Shown: positions 40,102 through 50,056 of the stretch, piece after piece | Layout of the letters: every line of letters begins with the position of its first letter | Position numbering within the stretch: the stretch's first letter is position 1 | NCBI GenBank assembly: GCA_011605725.1 | Contig: JAAOZP010000014.1 | Coordinates: 32,001 to 96,000 of the forward strand | Direction: 5' to 3' | Length of the DNA: 64,000 nt | Source: Nitrososphaerota archaeon | Lineage (GTDB): Archaea > Thermoproteota > EX4484-205 > JAAOZP01 | Notes under the pieces: model-generated | What the model was told of the DNA's origin: nothing | The model's input: only the letters and a program-made list of their open reading frames with translations | Database searches by the model: none | Translations under genes and position numbers: made by a program

Positions 40102-41358
40102 ATGCTTATAAAATTTCTAGGCGGAGTACGCGAAGTAGGGAGGTCAGCCATTTACTTGGCGGGTCGGGAGAAACGCCTCCTGCTAGACGCTGGAGTAATG
40201 CTCTCCGGGAGGCAGGTTAAATACCCCATGCACATCCCGCCAAGAGAAGTAGACGGCATAATCATAACTCACGCTCATCTTGATCATGTTGGAGCTGCAC
40301 CCATATTCTTCATAAGTGGAGGGAGAGAATCCTTCCTAACGAGTTTAACAGCACCACTTGCTAAACTTATATTGCTGGACTTCATCCGGGTGTCGAAGGA
40401 AACCGTTCCATTCGAAGTTCTTGAAGTAGACAAGTTTGTAAGCAGGTCGAGAAAGCTCAGTTACCAAGAGGAGTACTCTAGAGACGGCTTTAAACTCGTC
40501 TTCCTGTCAGCAGGCCATACTCCTGGAGGAGGACAGGTTTTACTCGAGCTTGACGGGAGAAGGGTGCTCTACACGGGGGACATTAACACTGTTGAAACAA
40601 CTCTGCTTAAAGGCGCTTATACTGATTATCCTCCGGTTGACGTAGCGGTTGTTGAAAGCACTTACGCAAATAAGAATCACCCGCCTAGGGAGGAGGTTGA
40701 GGCGAAGTTCGTTAGAAAACTCGGCGAAACCGTTGAAAGAGGCGGTATAGCGCTTGTCCCAGCCTTCGGCCTAGGAAGGTCTCAGGAAGTAATAACGATA
40801 CTTGCTAAACACGGTTTTCCCCATGACGTTTATTATGACGGCATGGCTAGGACTGTGACCGAGATACTTTTTGATTTCCCAGAATGGCTGTCTCACCCCG
40901 ACCTTCTTGAGAAAGCAGCTAGGCAAGTTATATGGATAACCACGCAAAGACAGAGGGAGGAAGCCTTAAAGAGGCCCGGAGTGATCGTTACGCCAGCCGG
41001 GATGCTTCAAGGAGGCCCTGTCAACTTCTACCTTAAAGAGGTTGGGAAGTCTGACAGGAACCTGATAGCGTTCGTCAGCTATCAGGTTGAAGGGACTCCG
41101 GGAAGGCTTCTCTTGGAGAAGAAAATAGTATCAGTGGATGGGAAACTGGCTAAGGTCAAGGCGGAGGTGAAGCATTTCGAGCTTTCTTCGCACAGCGGGA
41201 AGGATCAGCTTGAGGAATTGGTAAGTAGGATTAAGGCGGAGAAAACCTTCATAGTTCACGGTGATTCGGATAACTGTGAGAAGCTGGCGGAATACGCTAG
41301 GAAGCGTCTTGGTCTTGACGCAGTAGCACCGGAGCTCGGAGAGAGCTATTCCATCTAG
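40102..41358 (+). CDS. Beta-CASP metallo-beta-lactamase ribonuclease
   Basis: EVGRS, THAHLDH, AGH..G, ESTY, LSSH, VHGD. Confidence 0.92.
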   Translation: MLIKFLGGVREVGRSAIYLAGREKRLLLDAGVMLSGRQVKYPMHIPPREVDGIIITHAHLDHVGAAPIFFISGGRESFLTSLTAPLAKLILLDFIRVSKETVPFEVLEVDKFVSRSRKLSYQEEYSRDGFKLVFLSAGHTPGGGQVLLELDGRRVLYTGDINTVETTLLKGAYTDYPPVDVAVVESTYANKNHPPREEVEAKFVRKLGETVERGGIALVPAFGLGRSQEVITILAKHGFPHDVYYDGMARTVTEILFDFPEWLSHPDLLEKAARQVIWITTQRQREEALKRPGVIVTPAGMLQGGPVNFYLKEVGKSDRNLIAFVSYQVEGTPGRLLLEKKIVSVDGKLAKVKAEVKHFELSSHSGKDQLEELVSRIKAEKTFIVHGDSDNCEKLAEYARKRLGLDAVAPELGESYSI

Positions 41359-41376
41359 CGGAAACCATGAGGAGAA

Positions 41377-41469
41377 TGGGCCGGGCCGGATTTCCGATTA
41401 ATCCTTGTTTTCGAACCGGCGACCTCCGCTGTGTGAGAGCGGCGTCCTAACCATCTGAACGACCGGCCC
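41377..41469 (-). tRNA. tRNA-Val(CAC) with 19-nt T-loop intron (59/60; 41391-41409)
   Basis: CCGCT-CTCACAC-AGCGG anticodon arm; TTCG/CGGA helix with AAA and AAT bulges. Confidence 0.92.
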
Positions 41470-41514
41470 GTTTAAAAGGTTCAACGCCTGTTTTATATTC
41501 TTTTCTATGCGACC

Positions 41515-41682
41515 CTATTTCTTGGCTCTCCTCTCAGTCCTTTTAGGCCTAAGGTTCTTACTGTGGCATTTTCTACACTTCTTCGCATCAATAGCATTCC
41601 TAGCGCCGCAGTTCCTACATATCATGAACCGCAGCCTCCGGTTCTTAACTATCTCGATCAACACCGGGTCGCTTATCTTCAT
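41515..41682 (-). CDS. rpl40e: 50S ribosomal protein L40e (not in ORF track)
   Basis: ICRNCGARN...AKKCRKCHSKNLRPK. Confidence 0.95.
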   Translation of the reverse strand: MKISDPVLIEIVKNRRLRFMICRNCGARNAIDAKKCRKCHSKNLRPKRTERRAKK

Positions 41683-41779
41683 GCTGTTGAATCACGTTTC
41701 AGATTAGTATTTAAAAGGTTTACGCAGCCTTCGGAAATAGGGAAGATTTAAAAAGAGTTCAATAGCCCACAAGACATAA

Positions 41780-42277
41780 ATGAAAATACCTTTCTGCGAT
41801 TTCTGCGTGAAAAGCGGAATCCTATGCCAGAAATGCAGAGAACTCATAGACAGTGGGAGGAATAGTAGTTTGGATTTAACATTGTCAAGGATCCTGCTTG
41901 AGGAAGCCAGCAGGATTCGTGAGCTCGAGAAAGTCGAGTTTAAGAAGGCTCACGTGGAGGACGGTTTTCTACTCATTTTAAGCAATAATGATGGGGTGAG
42001 GATTCTCAGGGATAGTAAGGAGGTTGCTGAGAGAATCAGAAGGGATATTGGCGTTGAGAAAATAACGGTTGTGGATTACAGGAAGGATCAGAAGAGGAAG
42101 CTAGAGGAACTCGTATACCCGTTTAGAATAGTTGGCTTAAGCAAGGTGTGGCTTCCAGGCAATATTACTGAGTTTAAAATCGTAGTTGAGGGGAGAGAGC
42201 TGGATGAGAAGCAGGTTGAGACGCTTGAGAAGCTCGCTAAAAAACTAGGTATTAACGTTAGGATTCAAGCCTTATGA
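41780..42277 (+). CDS. NusA-like KH protein with N-terminal Cys cluster
   Basis: MKIPFCDFCVKSGILCQKC, VWLPG. Confidence 0.75.
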   Translation: MKIPFCDFCVKSGILCQKCRELIDSGRNSSLDLTLSRILLEEASRIRELEKVEFKKAHVEDGFLLILSNNDGVRILRDSKEVAERIRRDIGVEKITVVDYRKDQKRKLEELVYPFRIVGLSKVWLPGNITEFKIVVEGRELDEKQVETLEKLAKKLGINVRIQAL

Positions 42278-42289
42278 AGATGATGGGAA

Positions 42290-43582
42290 ATGTTTGGAGA
42301 GAGGAAAAGAAGCATTGATATAACGTTTGAAGACGAGGGTAAGACTGTTAGAGTCTACGGTTGGGCGCTTGACAGGAGGGACCTAGGCGGAGTCAAGTTC
42401 ATAGTTTTAGCAGACCGGTGGGGCAGGATACAGATAACATGGGTTAGGGGTAAATCCAATCCCAGTGTTGAGGGCACGCTTGACAGTATAAAGCTTAACG
42501 ACGTGATAGAAGTGAGCGGGAGAGTAAGAAGAACCCCGCAGGCTCCAAGGGGGGTTGAAATAGATCCTGTTGAAATAAGGGTTTTAAATACTTCTGAACA
42601 TCCGTTGCCACTGGACCCTACTGACAGGATTAAGAGTAGCCTTGACGTTAGGCTGGACGCGCGGCCCCTGGATGTTTTCAGGCCAAGGGTTAGAAGCATC
42701 TTCATAATTAAGAGCGCTCTTCTACAGGTTTTGAGAGACTTCTTCCATGAAAACGATTTCGTCGAAATAATTACCCCCAGGATAATAGCTTCTGCAACAG
42801 AGGGGGGAGCAGCCCTATTCCCCTTGCCTTACTTTGACAAGATAGCTTACTTGGCTCAGAGCCCTCAGCTTTTCAAGGAGCAAATGGTAATAGGCTTTGA
42901 AAGAGTTTTTGAAATAGGCCCGTTTTTCAGGGCTGAGCCCTTCAACACGACTAAGCATCTGAACGAGTTTACCTCAGTAGATGTTGAGGTTGCTTTCGCA
43001 GACATGGAGGACGTTATGGTTATCTGCGAGAAAATGATAAAGTATGTTCATGAGAAGATAGCTGAAAAATGCAGGAGCGAGTTTGACAACTTAGGTTTAA
43101 AGATAAGAGTGCCTGAAATCCCGCTGAAAAGATTCAAGTATAGCGAGGTTATTTCAATGCTTAAAGAAAAGGGGGTTCAAGTAGGTTTCGGAGATGATGT
43201 TGGAAGCGAGGAGCTTAGGAGCCTTGAGGAGCTGAGGGAAGAGTATTACTTCATAACTCACTGGCCGAGTAAAATCAAGCCTTTCTACATTAAGGTTAAT
43301 CCAGACGGTACTTCGCAATCGTTTGACTTGAACTACGGCCCGTTGGAGCTGGGCTCCGGCGGAACCAGGGAGGAGAATAAGGAGAGGCTTGTAAGCCAGT
43401 TGATAGAGAAAAACCTGAACCCAAGCGACTTTTCATACCATTTGAAGGCTTTCGGATACGGTATGCCTCCTCACGCAGGATGGGCAATAGGTCTTGAAAG
43501 GCTTTTAATGAGCATCCTTAAGCTTGACAACATTAGGGAGGCAACACTATATCCTAGGGACAGGTTTAGACTAGAGCCTTAG
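42290..43582 (+). CDS. aspS: Aspartate--tRNA ligase
   Basis: LAQSPQL, FRAE, GMPPHAG.AIGLERL, YPRD. Confidence 0.95.
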   Translation: MFGERKRSIDITFEDEGKTVRVYGWALDRRDLGGVKFIVLADRWGRIQITWVRGKSNPSVEGTLDSIKLNDVIEVSGRVRRTPQAPRGVEIDPVEIRVLNTSEHPLPLDPTDRIKSSLDVRLDARPLDVFRPRVRSIFIIKSALLQVLRDFFHENDFVEIITPRIIASATEGGAALFPLPYFDKIAYLAQSPQLFKEQMVIGFERVFEIGPFFRAEPFNTTKHLNEFTSVDVEVAFADMEDVMVICEKMIKYVHEKIAEKCRSEFDNLGLKIRVPEIPLKRFKYSEVISMLKEKGVQVGFGDDVGSEELRSLEELREEYYFITHWPSKIKPFYIKVNPDGTSQSFDLNYGPLELGSGGTREENKERLVSQLIEKNLNPSDFSYHLKAFGYGMPPHAGWAIGLERLLMSILKLDNIREATLYPRDRFRLEP

Positions 43583-44598
43583 CCTTCTTCAGCATATGCT
43601 TCTTCCTCAACGTCAGTTATTCCGTTCTCAGTGATTTTGAACAGGCATTCTCCTTCAGGCCTGTCTAGGCTGACAATTAGGCGGGCAACCCTTAAACCCT
43701 GCTCACCCCTGGCTTTACGAAGATATATTCTCGTGTGGCTCCTGTGTGCAAGAATGTGGCCACCCACAGGGTAGGCGCCCATTCCGAATATCTCGTCAGG
43801 CTTAGCCATAACTTGGTTAGTAACGACAATAACAAGGTTGAAAGCCTTGGAAAGACGCTCGAGCCTGTGGAGATGCGCGTTCAGCTTCTGCTGTCTTTTA
43901 ACAAGGCTCTCTCTACCCAGGTATTCGCTTCTGAAATGGGTTGTCAAGGAATCAACTATGACGAGCTTCACCTTCTTACTCTTAATTATCTCGTCGAGAC
44001 GCTCAACTATGAGTATCTGGTGGTCAGAGTTAAAGGCTTCCGCGACAGTAATGTTTTCAACAGTCTTAATCGGGTCCAGCTTCAAATACTTAGCCATCGC
44101 AACAATACGTTCAGGCCTGAAACTGTTTTCAGTATCGATGTAGACAACGTTCCCATTTAAACCCCCTCTCTCCTCAGGCAGCTGAACGTTAACCGCAAGC
44201 TGATGGCTTATCTGTGATTTTCCTGTTCCATACTCCCCGAAGAACTCGGTTATCGTCATAGTCTCCAGTCCTCCCCCTAGGAGGGCATCCAGCTTCTTAC
44301 TTCCAGTAGTAAGCTTCTGAATATGCTCCCGCTGCTTCAGAATGTCTAGGGCTGAGACAAATTTAACCTCAATGCTGCTTCTCGCCAGCGATATTATCTT
44401 GGCGGCAGTCTTATCAGGAATGCCTCCGCTTACAAGCTCGTTTACAGTGGCTGTCGCCAATGCTTCAACAGTAGTGTAACCAAGCTCCTTAAGCTTAGCA
44501 GCAGTAGATGGACCTATGCCTGGAATATCCTCTATTGATTCAAAAACCTCTACTCGCTCAGATTCATCCTCTTCCTCCTCAGTTTTTCTCCTACCCAT
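43579..44598 (-). CDS. radA: DNA recombinase RadA
   Basis: HhH N-domain, GEYGTGKSQ, DTENSFRPER, GGHILAH; start at MGRR. Confidence 0.96.
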   Translation of the reverse strand: MGRRKTEEEEDESERVEVFESIEDIPGIGPSTAAKLKELGYTTVEALATATVNELVSGGIPDKTAAKIISLARSSIEVKFVSALDILKQREHIQKLTTGSKKLDALLGGGLETMTITEFFGEYGTGKSQISHQLAVNVQLPEERGGLNGNVVYIDTENSFRPERIVAMAKYLKLDPIKTVENITVAEAFNSDHQILIVERLDEIIKSKKVKLVIVDSLTTHFRSEYLGRESLVKRQQKLNAHLHRLERLSKAFNLVIVVTNQVMAKPDEIFGMGAYPVGGHILAHRSHTRIYLRKARGEQGLRVARLIVSLDRPEGECLFKITENGITDVEEEAYAEEG

Positions 44599-44713
44599 GA
44601 TTTTTTCCTTCTGCTTAACCAGTAGATTCTTAGAACGGTAGCTTATAAATGTGAAACCGATTCCCCGTAAAGGGGTTTTCAAGCTTATAACTTCAGCACG
44701 GCTGAAACTTCAG

Positions 44714-45406
44714 ATGGCTAGGGATTACCGTGAAGAGGTCCGTAGGCTTTACGACACCATATCTGAGGAGTTTGACAGAACAAGGATTAAGCCAGACCCT
44801 TTTCTTGAAACGCTGGTTAAAAGAGGTTTTTCAAGAAGAACCCGCTTAATACTTGATAATGGTTGCGGAAACTGTAGGAACCTGAAAGCGTTTGACAAGG
44901 AATGCATCATGATTGCAGGAGACTTTTCCAGAAGCATGCTTAAACAATGTGTGAAAAACGTTTCTGCAAGAGAGGTTCACTACGTGCAGTATGACTTAAC
45001 ACGTCTCCCTTTTAGAAACAGGGTTTTCGACAGTATAATATGTGTTTCAGCAATACATCATTTGAAGGAGGAGGATGTTGAAAAGGCTTTTAGAGAAATG
45101 GGAAGGGTTCTGAGCAACAGGGGATGGATGCTTGCCTCCTCATGGTCAGTAAAGATGACTAGGGATAATAGGTTTCTGCGCAGAGCTAGAAAGATCAGCG
45201 GGAACTATTTCATGGTCAACTGGGGTCCGTACGAGAGGTTTTACTTTCTCATGGATGCTAAAACCCTCGGCGCGATATGCAGGAAGGCAGGCTTCAGGGA
45301 TGCGGTTACTCTAGAATATGGGATGAATAATTACAGTCTAGTGGATAGGAGAACCAGGGAAGCCGGGGCACGTGGAGAGGCTTCAGCCGATGAAAACACT
45401 GGTTAA
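44714..45406 (+). CDS. Class I SAM-dependent methyltransferase (Trm9-like)
   Basis: YDTI..EFD.TR, LDNGCGN.R, AIHH. Confidence 0.8.
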   Translation: MARDYREEVRRLYDTISEEFDRTRIKPDPFLETLVKRGFSRRTRLILDNGCGNCRNLKAFDKECIMIAGDFSRSMLKQCVKNVSAREVHYVQYDLTRLPFRNRVFDSIICVSAIHHLKEEDVEKAFREMGRVLSNRGWMLASSWSVKMTRDNRFLRRARKISGNYFMVNWGPYERFYFLMDAKTLGAICRKAGFRDAVTLEYGMNNYSLVDRRTREAGARGEASADENTG

Positions 45407-45460
45407 GCGGGAAAAAGGGGAATAAAACTTTTATAACCACCGTCAACTATTAAGGGGATG

Positions 45461-45535
45461 GCGGCGCTGGTCTAGCCTGGTTATGACACCAGCCTTCCAA
45501 GCTGGGAATCCCGGGTTCAAATCCCGGGCGCCGCA
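45461..45535 (+). tRNA. tRNA-Gly(UCC)
   Basis: CCAGC-CTTCCAA-GCTGG anticodon arm. Confidence 0.95.
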
Positions 45536-45577
45536 TAAACCATAATAACCTTCAAGTGTTTTTCCATAAGCGTTTAA

Positions 45578-45943
45578 ATGGGTAAGAGGATGGTGATGAA
45601 TATCGCAAGGGAGAGGATAGACATACTGCTTAGGCTTGCGCTGGAAACTGCGGAATCCGACTTGAGCAGGGCTGAATCATATGCCAAGCTTGCCTGGAGG
45701 ATTGCTGAGAAATACAACCTTAGGAGGAAGACCGTGTTGAGAAGATACTTTAGATGTAGTAAGTGTAAGAGCCCAGTGATACCTGGTCGTAGCCTTAAGA
45801 TTAGGGTTTTGAAAGACAAGGGAGTGGGGCTCATCTGTTTGAAGTGTGGAAGCGTCAAGCTTATTCCAGTTTTCCGCGAAAAAGATAAGAATCCTGGTGT
45901 TGAAGCATATTCGACCAGGTTTGAGTCTAGAGCTTACGGCTGA
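45578..45943 (+). CDS. rnp4: RNase P protein Rpp21
   Basis: IARERI..L, CSKC...IPG...CLKCG. Confidence 0.9.
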   Translation: MGKRMVMNIARERIDILLRLALETAESDLSRAESYAKLAWRIAEKYNLRRKTVLRRYFRCSKCKSPVIPGRSLKIRVLKDKGVGLICLKCGSVKLIPVFREKDKNPGVEAYSTRFESRAYG

Positions 45944-45944
45944 A

Positions 45945-46538
45945 GTGGAGCGTTTCACGAAAGCATTCATATTGCTGTTCGTCATACTCGATTCTGTTGG
46001 AAACATTCCTGTTTTCCACGCTTTTCTAGAGTCCTTCTCAAGCGAGAGGAGGAGGAAGATAATAAGGGAGTCTGTCGTCGCCGCGACAGCAGTGCTAGTG
46101 TTCTTCGCCATGCTTGGAAACATAATGTTCAGCTTCCTCGGGATAAGGCTATATGACTTCTACGTTGCTTCAGGAATGGTTCTTGTAGCAATATCCTTAA
46201 AATACATACTTGTGGGTGAGGAGAGCGAGCTGAGAGGGGAAAAGGCTGAGGAGATCTCTGTCTTCCCCCTGGCTACGCCGCTTCTCGCAGGTCCGGGAAG
46301 TATTTCCACAGTCATAATAATATCTAACCCTCCATATAACATTCTGATTTGCATACTAGTAATACTGCTGAACGCGGTTTTAGCATACGTGATCCTTGTT
46401 AACGGTGAGAGGATTATGGCGAGCATAGGCAGAACTCCTTCGAAGCTTATTGCGAAAATATTCAACTTGATAATAGTGGCTTTCGGGATAGTTATGATTA
46501 GAAACGGTTTAGAAGGATTTCTACAGTTACCCGGGTAG
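45945..46538 (+). CDS. MarC-family membrane protein (start uncertain)
   Basis: D.VGNIP, PLATPLLAGPGSI. Confidence 0.9.
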   Translation: MERFTKAFILLFVILDSVGNIPVFHAFLESFSSERRRKIIRESVVAATAVLVFFAMLGNIMFSFLGIRLYDFYVASGMVLVAISLKYILVGEESELRGEKAEEISVFPLATPLLAGPGSISTVIIISNPPYNILICILVILLNAVLAYVILVNGERIMASIGRTPSKLIAKIFNLIIVAFGIVMIRNGLEGFLQLPG

Positions 46539-46547
46539 CTTTAGAAG

Positions 46548-46562
46548 AAAAAGTTAATATAG
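46548..46562 (+). promoter_or_regulatory. BRE/TATA promoter of the leu leader
   Basis: AAAAAGTTAATATAG; TTAATATAG also precedes the ilv leader. Confidence 0.55.
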
Positions 46563-46594
46563 TAGTGGAGCGGTCTCCGCTGAGGAGGTGTATA

Positions 46595-46675
46595 GTGCAC
46601 ATGGCCAGCAACGCCCAAAGGGGGCGAGACTACCTGCGTTGCAGAGACAGCGACACCTCTATCGGAGTCTGCTGA
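46595..46675 (+). CDS. Putative leu leader peptide, 26 aa (MHMASNAQRGRDYLRCRDSDTSIGVC)
   Basis: AGGAGGTG SD, GTG start, AxRGRD shared with the ilv leader, sole Leu at position 14. Confidence 0.7.
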   Translation: MHMASNAQRGRDYLRCRDSDTSIGVC

Positions 46676-46716
46676 AAAACAATATTGTTTTAAACCTGTT
46701 TTAGGAGGGTTTCGTA

Positions 46717-48252
46717 ATGGTTTGGAGAGGATATATTGCTGAGGCTGAAATACCTGGCAGGGTGATTCTTTTCGACACTACTTTAAGAGATGGTGAACAG
46801 ACTCCTGGAGTCGCGCTTACGCCCGAGGACAAGCTTAAGATAGCGAGACAGCTGGACTTGCTTGGAGTACCCGTATTGGAAGCAGGCTTTCCAGCAGCGT
46901 CGCGCGGCGAGGAGGAGGCTATTAAGCAGATAGCTAGAGAAGGGTTGAACGCGGAGGTCGCTGCCTTATCCAGATGCGTGAAGGAGGATGTTGAGAAGAC
47001 TGCTTCAACCGGTGCACGGAGAATACATCTTTTCATAGCAACCTCAGACATACATTTGAATAAGAAGCTGCAGATAAGCAGGGATGAAGCTGTATGCAGA
47101 GCGGTTGAATCCATAGACCTTGCTAAATCCTACGGTATGAAAATAGAGTTTTCAGCTGAGGATGCGACTCGGACGAGCATCGATTTCCTAGTGGAGTTTT
47201 ACAGGAGGGTTGAAGAGGCGGGAGCAAGCATAGTCGACATTCCTGATACTGTTGGTGTTGCAACACCCTTTGCTATGAGGGAGATTGTTAAGAGGGTTCG
47301 CAAAGCCCTGAGGATCCCGGTTGCAGTGCACTGTCACAACGACATGGGTCTAGCAGTTGCGAACACGCTTGCAGGCATTGAGGGCGGAGCCTCTGAGGCG
47401 CATGTAACAATTAATGGACTTGGGGAGAGAGCAGGCAACGCGAGCCTAGAGGAGGTGGCGGTTTCCCTGAAAGTATTGTATGGTGTTGAAACAGGCTTAA
47501 AGTTTAAAGAGATATACAACACTTGCAGGCTTGTCTCACTGATAACTGGCGTAGCAATACCTGTGAATAAGCCTATAGTTGGAGAAAACGCTTTCTCCCA
47601 TGAGAGCGGTATCCATACTCACGGCATACTGGCGTCTCCAGAGACTTACGAGCCTATAGACCCTGGGTTTGTTGGAGCTAGGAGAAAGCTGGTAGCTGGA
47701 AAGCACGCCGGTGTCCACGGGATTTCAGCGCAGCTTGAAGAAATGGGGTACAGGCTTAGTGAGGAGGAGTTGAAACAGGTTCTTAAAATAGTTAAGGATA
47801 TTGGCGACAAGGGTAAGAAGGTTACTGACGCGGAACTCGCCTCGATAGCTGAAAGCGTTATAGGGTACGGGGTCGGTGAGAAGGATCGCATCGAGCTTGA
47901 AGAGCTTCTGGTGGTCACTGGGTTAAACACGACGCCGACAGCAGCAATAAAGATAAGAAGGGGTGAACAGGCTTGGAGAGGAGCGGAGTTCGGAGTGGGG
48001 CCGATAGATGCTTCGATGAAGGCAGTCAGCAAGCTTCTTGGAGACCTGGTTAAGATTAAGCTTGAAAGCTTCAGGTTGGAGGCAATCACGGGAGGCACGG
48101 ATGCGCTTGCAGAAGTTACGGTCAGGGTTTCAGATGAAGAAGGGAGGAGTGTGACTGCGAAGGGATTCAGCGAGGACATTGTGCTAGCAGGGGTTTACGC
48201 GATATTAAACGGGGCTAACAGGCTTCTGCAGATTAAGAGGGCTGGTAGATGA
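46717..48252 (+). CDS. leuA: 2-isopropylmalate synthase (or citramalate synthase)
   Basis: DTTLRDGEQ, HCHND.G, GERAGN, regulatory domain GPIDA. Confidence 0.9.
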   Translation: MVWRGYIAEAEIPGRVILFDTTLRDGEQTPGVALTPEDKLKIARQLDLLGVPVLEAGFPAASRGEEEAIKQIAREGLNAEVAALSRCVKEDVEKTASTGARRIHLFIATSDIHLNKKLQISRDEAVCRAVESIDLAKSYGMKIEFSAEDATRTSIDFLVEFYRRVEEAGASIVDIPDTVGVATPFAMREIVKRVRKALRIPVAVHCHNDMGLAVANTLAGIEGGASEAHVTINGLGERAGNASLEEVAVSLKVLYGVETGLKFKEIYNTCRLVSLITGVAIPVNKPIVGENAFSHESGIHTHGILASPETYEPIDPGFVGARRKLVAGKHAGVHGISAQLEEMGYRLSEEELKQVLKIVKDIGDKGKKVTDAELASIAESVIGYGVGEKDRIELEELLVVTGLNTTPTAAIKIRRGEQAWRGAEFGVGPIDASMKAVSKLLGDLVKIKLESFRLEAITGGTDALAEVTVRVSDEEGRSVTAKGFSEDIVLAGVYAILNGANRLLQIKRAGR

Positions 48253-49514
48253 CGGGTTTAACAGCAGTACAGAAGGTGCTTTCCAGGAAAACAGGCAGGC
48301 CTCGTGTGGAACCTGGTGAAATAGTTGAGGCTAAGGTGGATTTCCTAATGTTGCACGAGGTAACTGGGCCACTGGCTGTCGAAGAGTTTGAAAAAATCTC
48401 TGGAAAAGTCTGGGACCCAAGTAGGGTGATAGTGGTTTTCGACCATGATGTTCCGCCGAGCACGATAGACTTAGCCAACCAGATGAGAAGGATGAGAAGC
48501 TTCGTTAAGAAACACGGGGTAAACAATTTTTTCGAGATAGGCAGGGGAGGTATTGCTCATCAAGTTCTCTTCGAAGAAGGCTTCGACATGCCTGGCTTCC
48601 TGATAGTCGGCGCGGACAGTCATACTTGCACAGCTGGGGCGACTGGCGCAGTTGGAATAGGGGTCGGCTCTACTGATGCTGCTGTTGTCCTAGCAACCGG
48701 AGAGATATGGTTGAGGGTTCCTGAAACACTGTTGGTTGAGGTCAAAGGCAGGCTTAGGAAAGGCGTTTTCGCGAAGGATGTTGCTTTAAGTATCGTTGGG
48801 AGAATTGGCAGCAATGGAGCAACCTATAAGGCTCTGGAGTATTCAGGTGAAACAGTAAGCATGATGTCTCTTTCTGAACGCCTTACTCTTGCAAACCTCT
48901 CCGTGGAGACTGGCGCTAAAACCGGGATTGTTCAGACAGATTCTAAAAGCATTGAGTATGCTGAGAACTCTGGAAGACGCAGCGAGCTACTGGATGTTAG
49001 GAGCGACCCCGACGCGTGCCTGGAGAAAATCGAGATTGATGTTTCAAACTTGGAGCCTGTTGTAAGCCTGCCGCATAGCGTGGATAATGTTAAGCCCGTT
49101 GCAGAAGTTGAAGGCCTTGAGATAGACCAGGCTTTCCTAGGTTCCTGCACGAACGGGAGGCTGGACGATCTTCTCGTAGCCTTCAAGATACTTAAGGGGA
49201 GAAGGGTCGCGCCGAGCGTGAGGCTGGTGGTTAGCCCGGCTTCAGTCAAGGTGTATGCGGAGGCTTTGAGAGCAGGAGTCGTCGAGGAGATTGTGCGGGC
49301 AGGAGGAATAGTGACAAGCCCAACATGTGGTCCCTGCCTCGGAATGTCGAGGGGAGTTCTTGCTGAAGGAGAGGTTGCAGTTTCAAGCAGCAACAGGAAC
49401 TTTATAGGCAGAATGGGTGATAAGAGGAGTAAAGTGTTCCTCGCTTCCCCGGCGACAGTGGTTGCGTCAGCGGTAGAGGGAAGAATAGCTGATCCAAGGA
49501 GGTTTCTGCCTTGA
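48249..49514 (+). CDS. leuC: 3-isopropylmalate dehydratase large subunit
   Basis: GADSHTC, GSCTNGR, CGPCLG, NRNF.GR. Confidence 0.92.
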   Translation: MTGLTAVQKVLSRKTGRPRVEPGEIVEAKVDFLMLHEVTGPLAVEEFEKISGKVWDPSRVIVVFDHDVPPSTIDLANQMRRMRSFVKKHGVNNFFEIGRGGIAHQVLFEEGFDMPGFLIVGADSHTCTAGATGAVGIGVGSTDAAVVLATGEIWLRVPETLLVEVKGRLRKGVFAKDVALSIVGRIGSNGATYKALEYSGETVSMMSLSERLTLANLSVETGAKTGIVQTDSKSIEYAENSGRRSELLDVRSDPDACLEKIEIDVSNLEPVVSLPHSVDNVKPVAEVEGLEIDQAFLGSCTNGRLDDLLVAFKILKGRRVAPSVRLVVSPASVKVYAEALRAGVVEEIVRAGGIVTSPTCGPCLGMSRGVLAEGEVAVSSSNRNFIGRMGDKRSKVFLASPATVVASAVEGRIADPRRFLP

Positions 49515-50008
49515 AGATACGCGGTAGGATTATTAGGCTTGGAGACAACGTGGATACTGACGTGATAATACCTGCAAGATACTTGGTGACTCACGATGCG
49601 GAGGTTCTTGCGAAACATGTTTTCGAAGACTATTATCCTGAATTCAGGGCAAAGGCTTCTGGTGGAGCGATAATAGTTGCCGGAGAGGACTTCGGGCTGG
49701 GGAGCTCAAGAGAGCATGCAGTAATAGCTTTGAAACACTCCGGTGTGAAAGCGATAGTAGCTAAGTCTTTTGCAAGAATCTTCTACAGGAATTCTATCAA
49801 CCTGGGTCTTCCCGCGCTCGTCTTAAGAAGTAATGAGGGTTTTGACAAGCTTAAGGATGGGGATGAGGCTGAGCTTGATGTCTCCAACGGGGTTTTGACG
49901 ATTATCAGAACCGGGGAGAAGTTTTCCTGCGATAAAATGCCTGAATTCATGATGAAAATAATAGAAGCAGGAGGCTTAATAAACTATTTTTTGAAGAAAC
50001 ACGGATGA
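49511..50008 (+). CDS. leuD: 3-isopropylmalate dehydratase small subunit
   Basis: DTDVIIP, FG.GSSREHA, FARIFYRN. Confidence 0.92.
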   Translation: MKIRGRIIRLGDNVDTDVIIPARYLVTHDAEVLAKHVFEDYYPEFRAKASGGAIIVAGEDFGLGSSREHAVIALKHSGVKAIVAKSFARIFYRNSINLGLPALVLRSNEGFDKLKDGDEAELDVSNGVLTIIRTGEKFSCDKMPEFMMKIIEAGGLINYFLKKHG

Positions 50009-50056
50009 AACCCGCTGGAAAACAGGGCCCGATAACTATTTATAAACCGGCTCAGC

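Noticed and set aside
46575-46680. T-box or known riboswitch class in the leu and ilv leaders
   Set aside because: No T-box AAGGTGGTACC-type motif or recognisable aptamer consensus; synonymous changes favour a peptide
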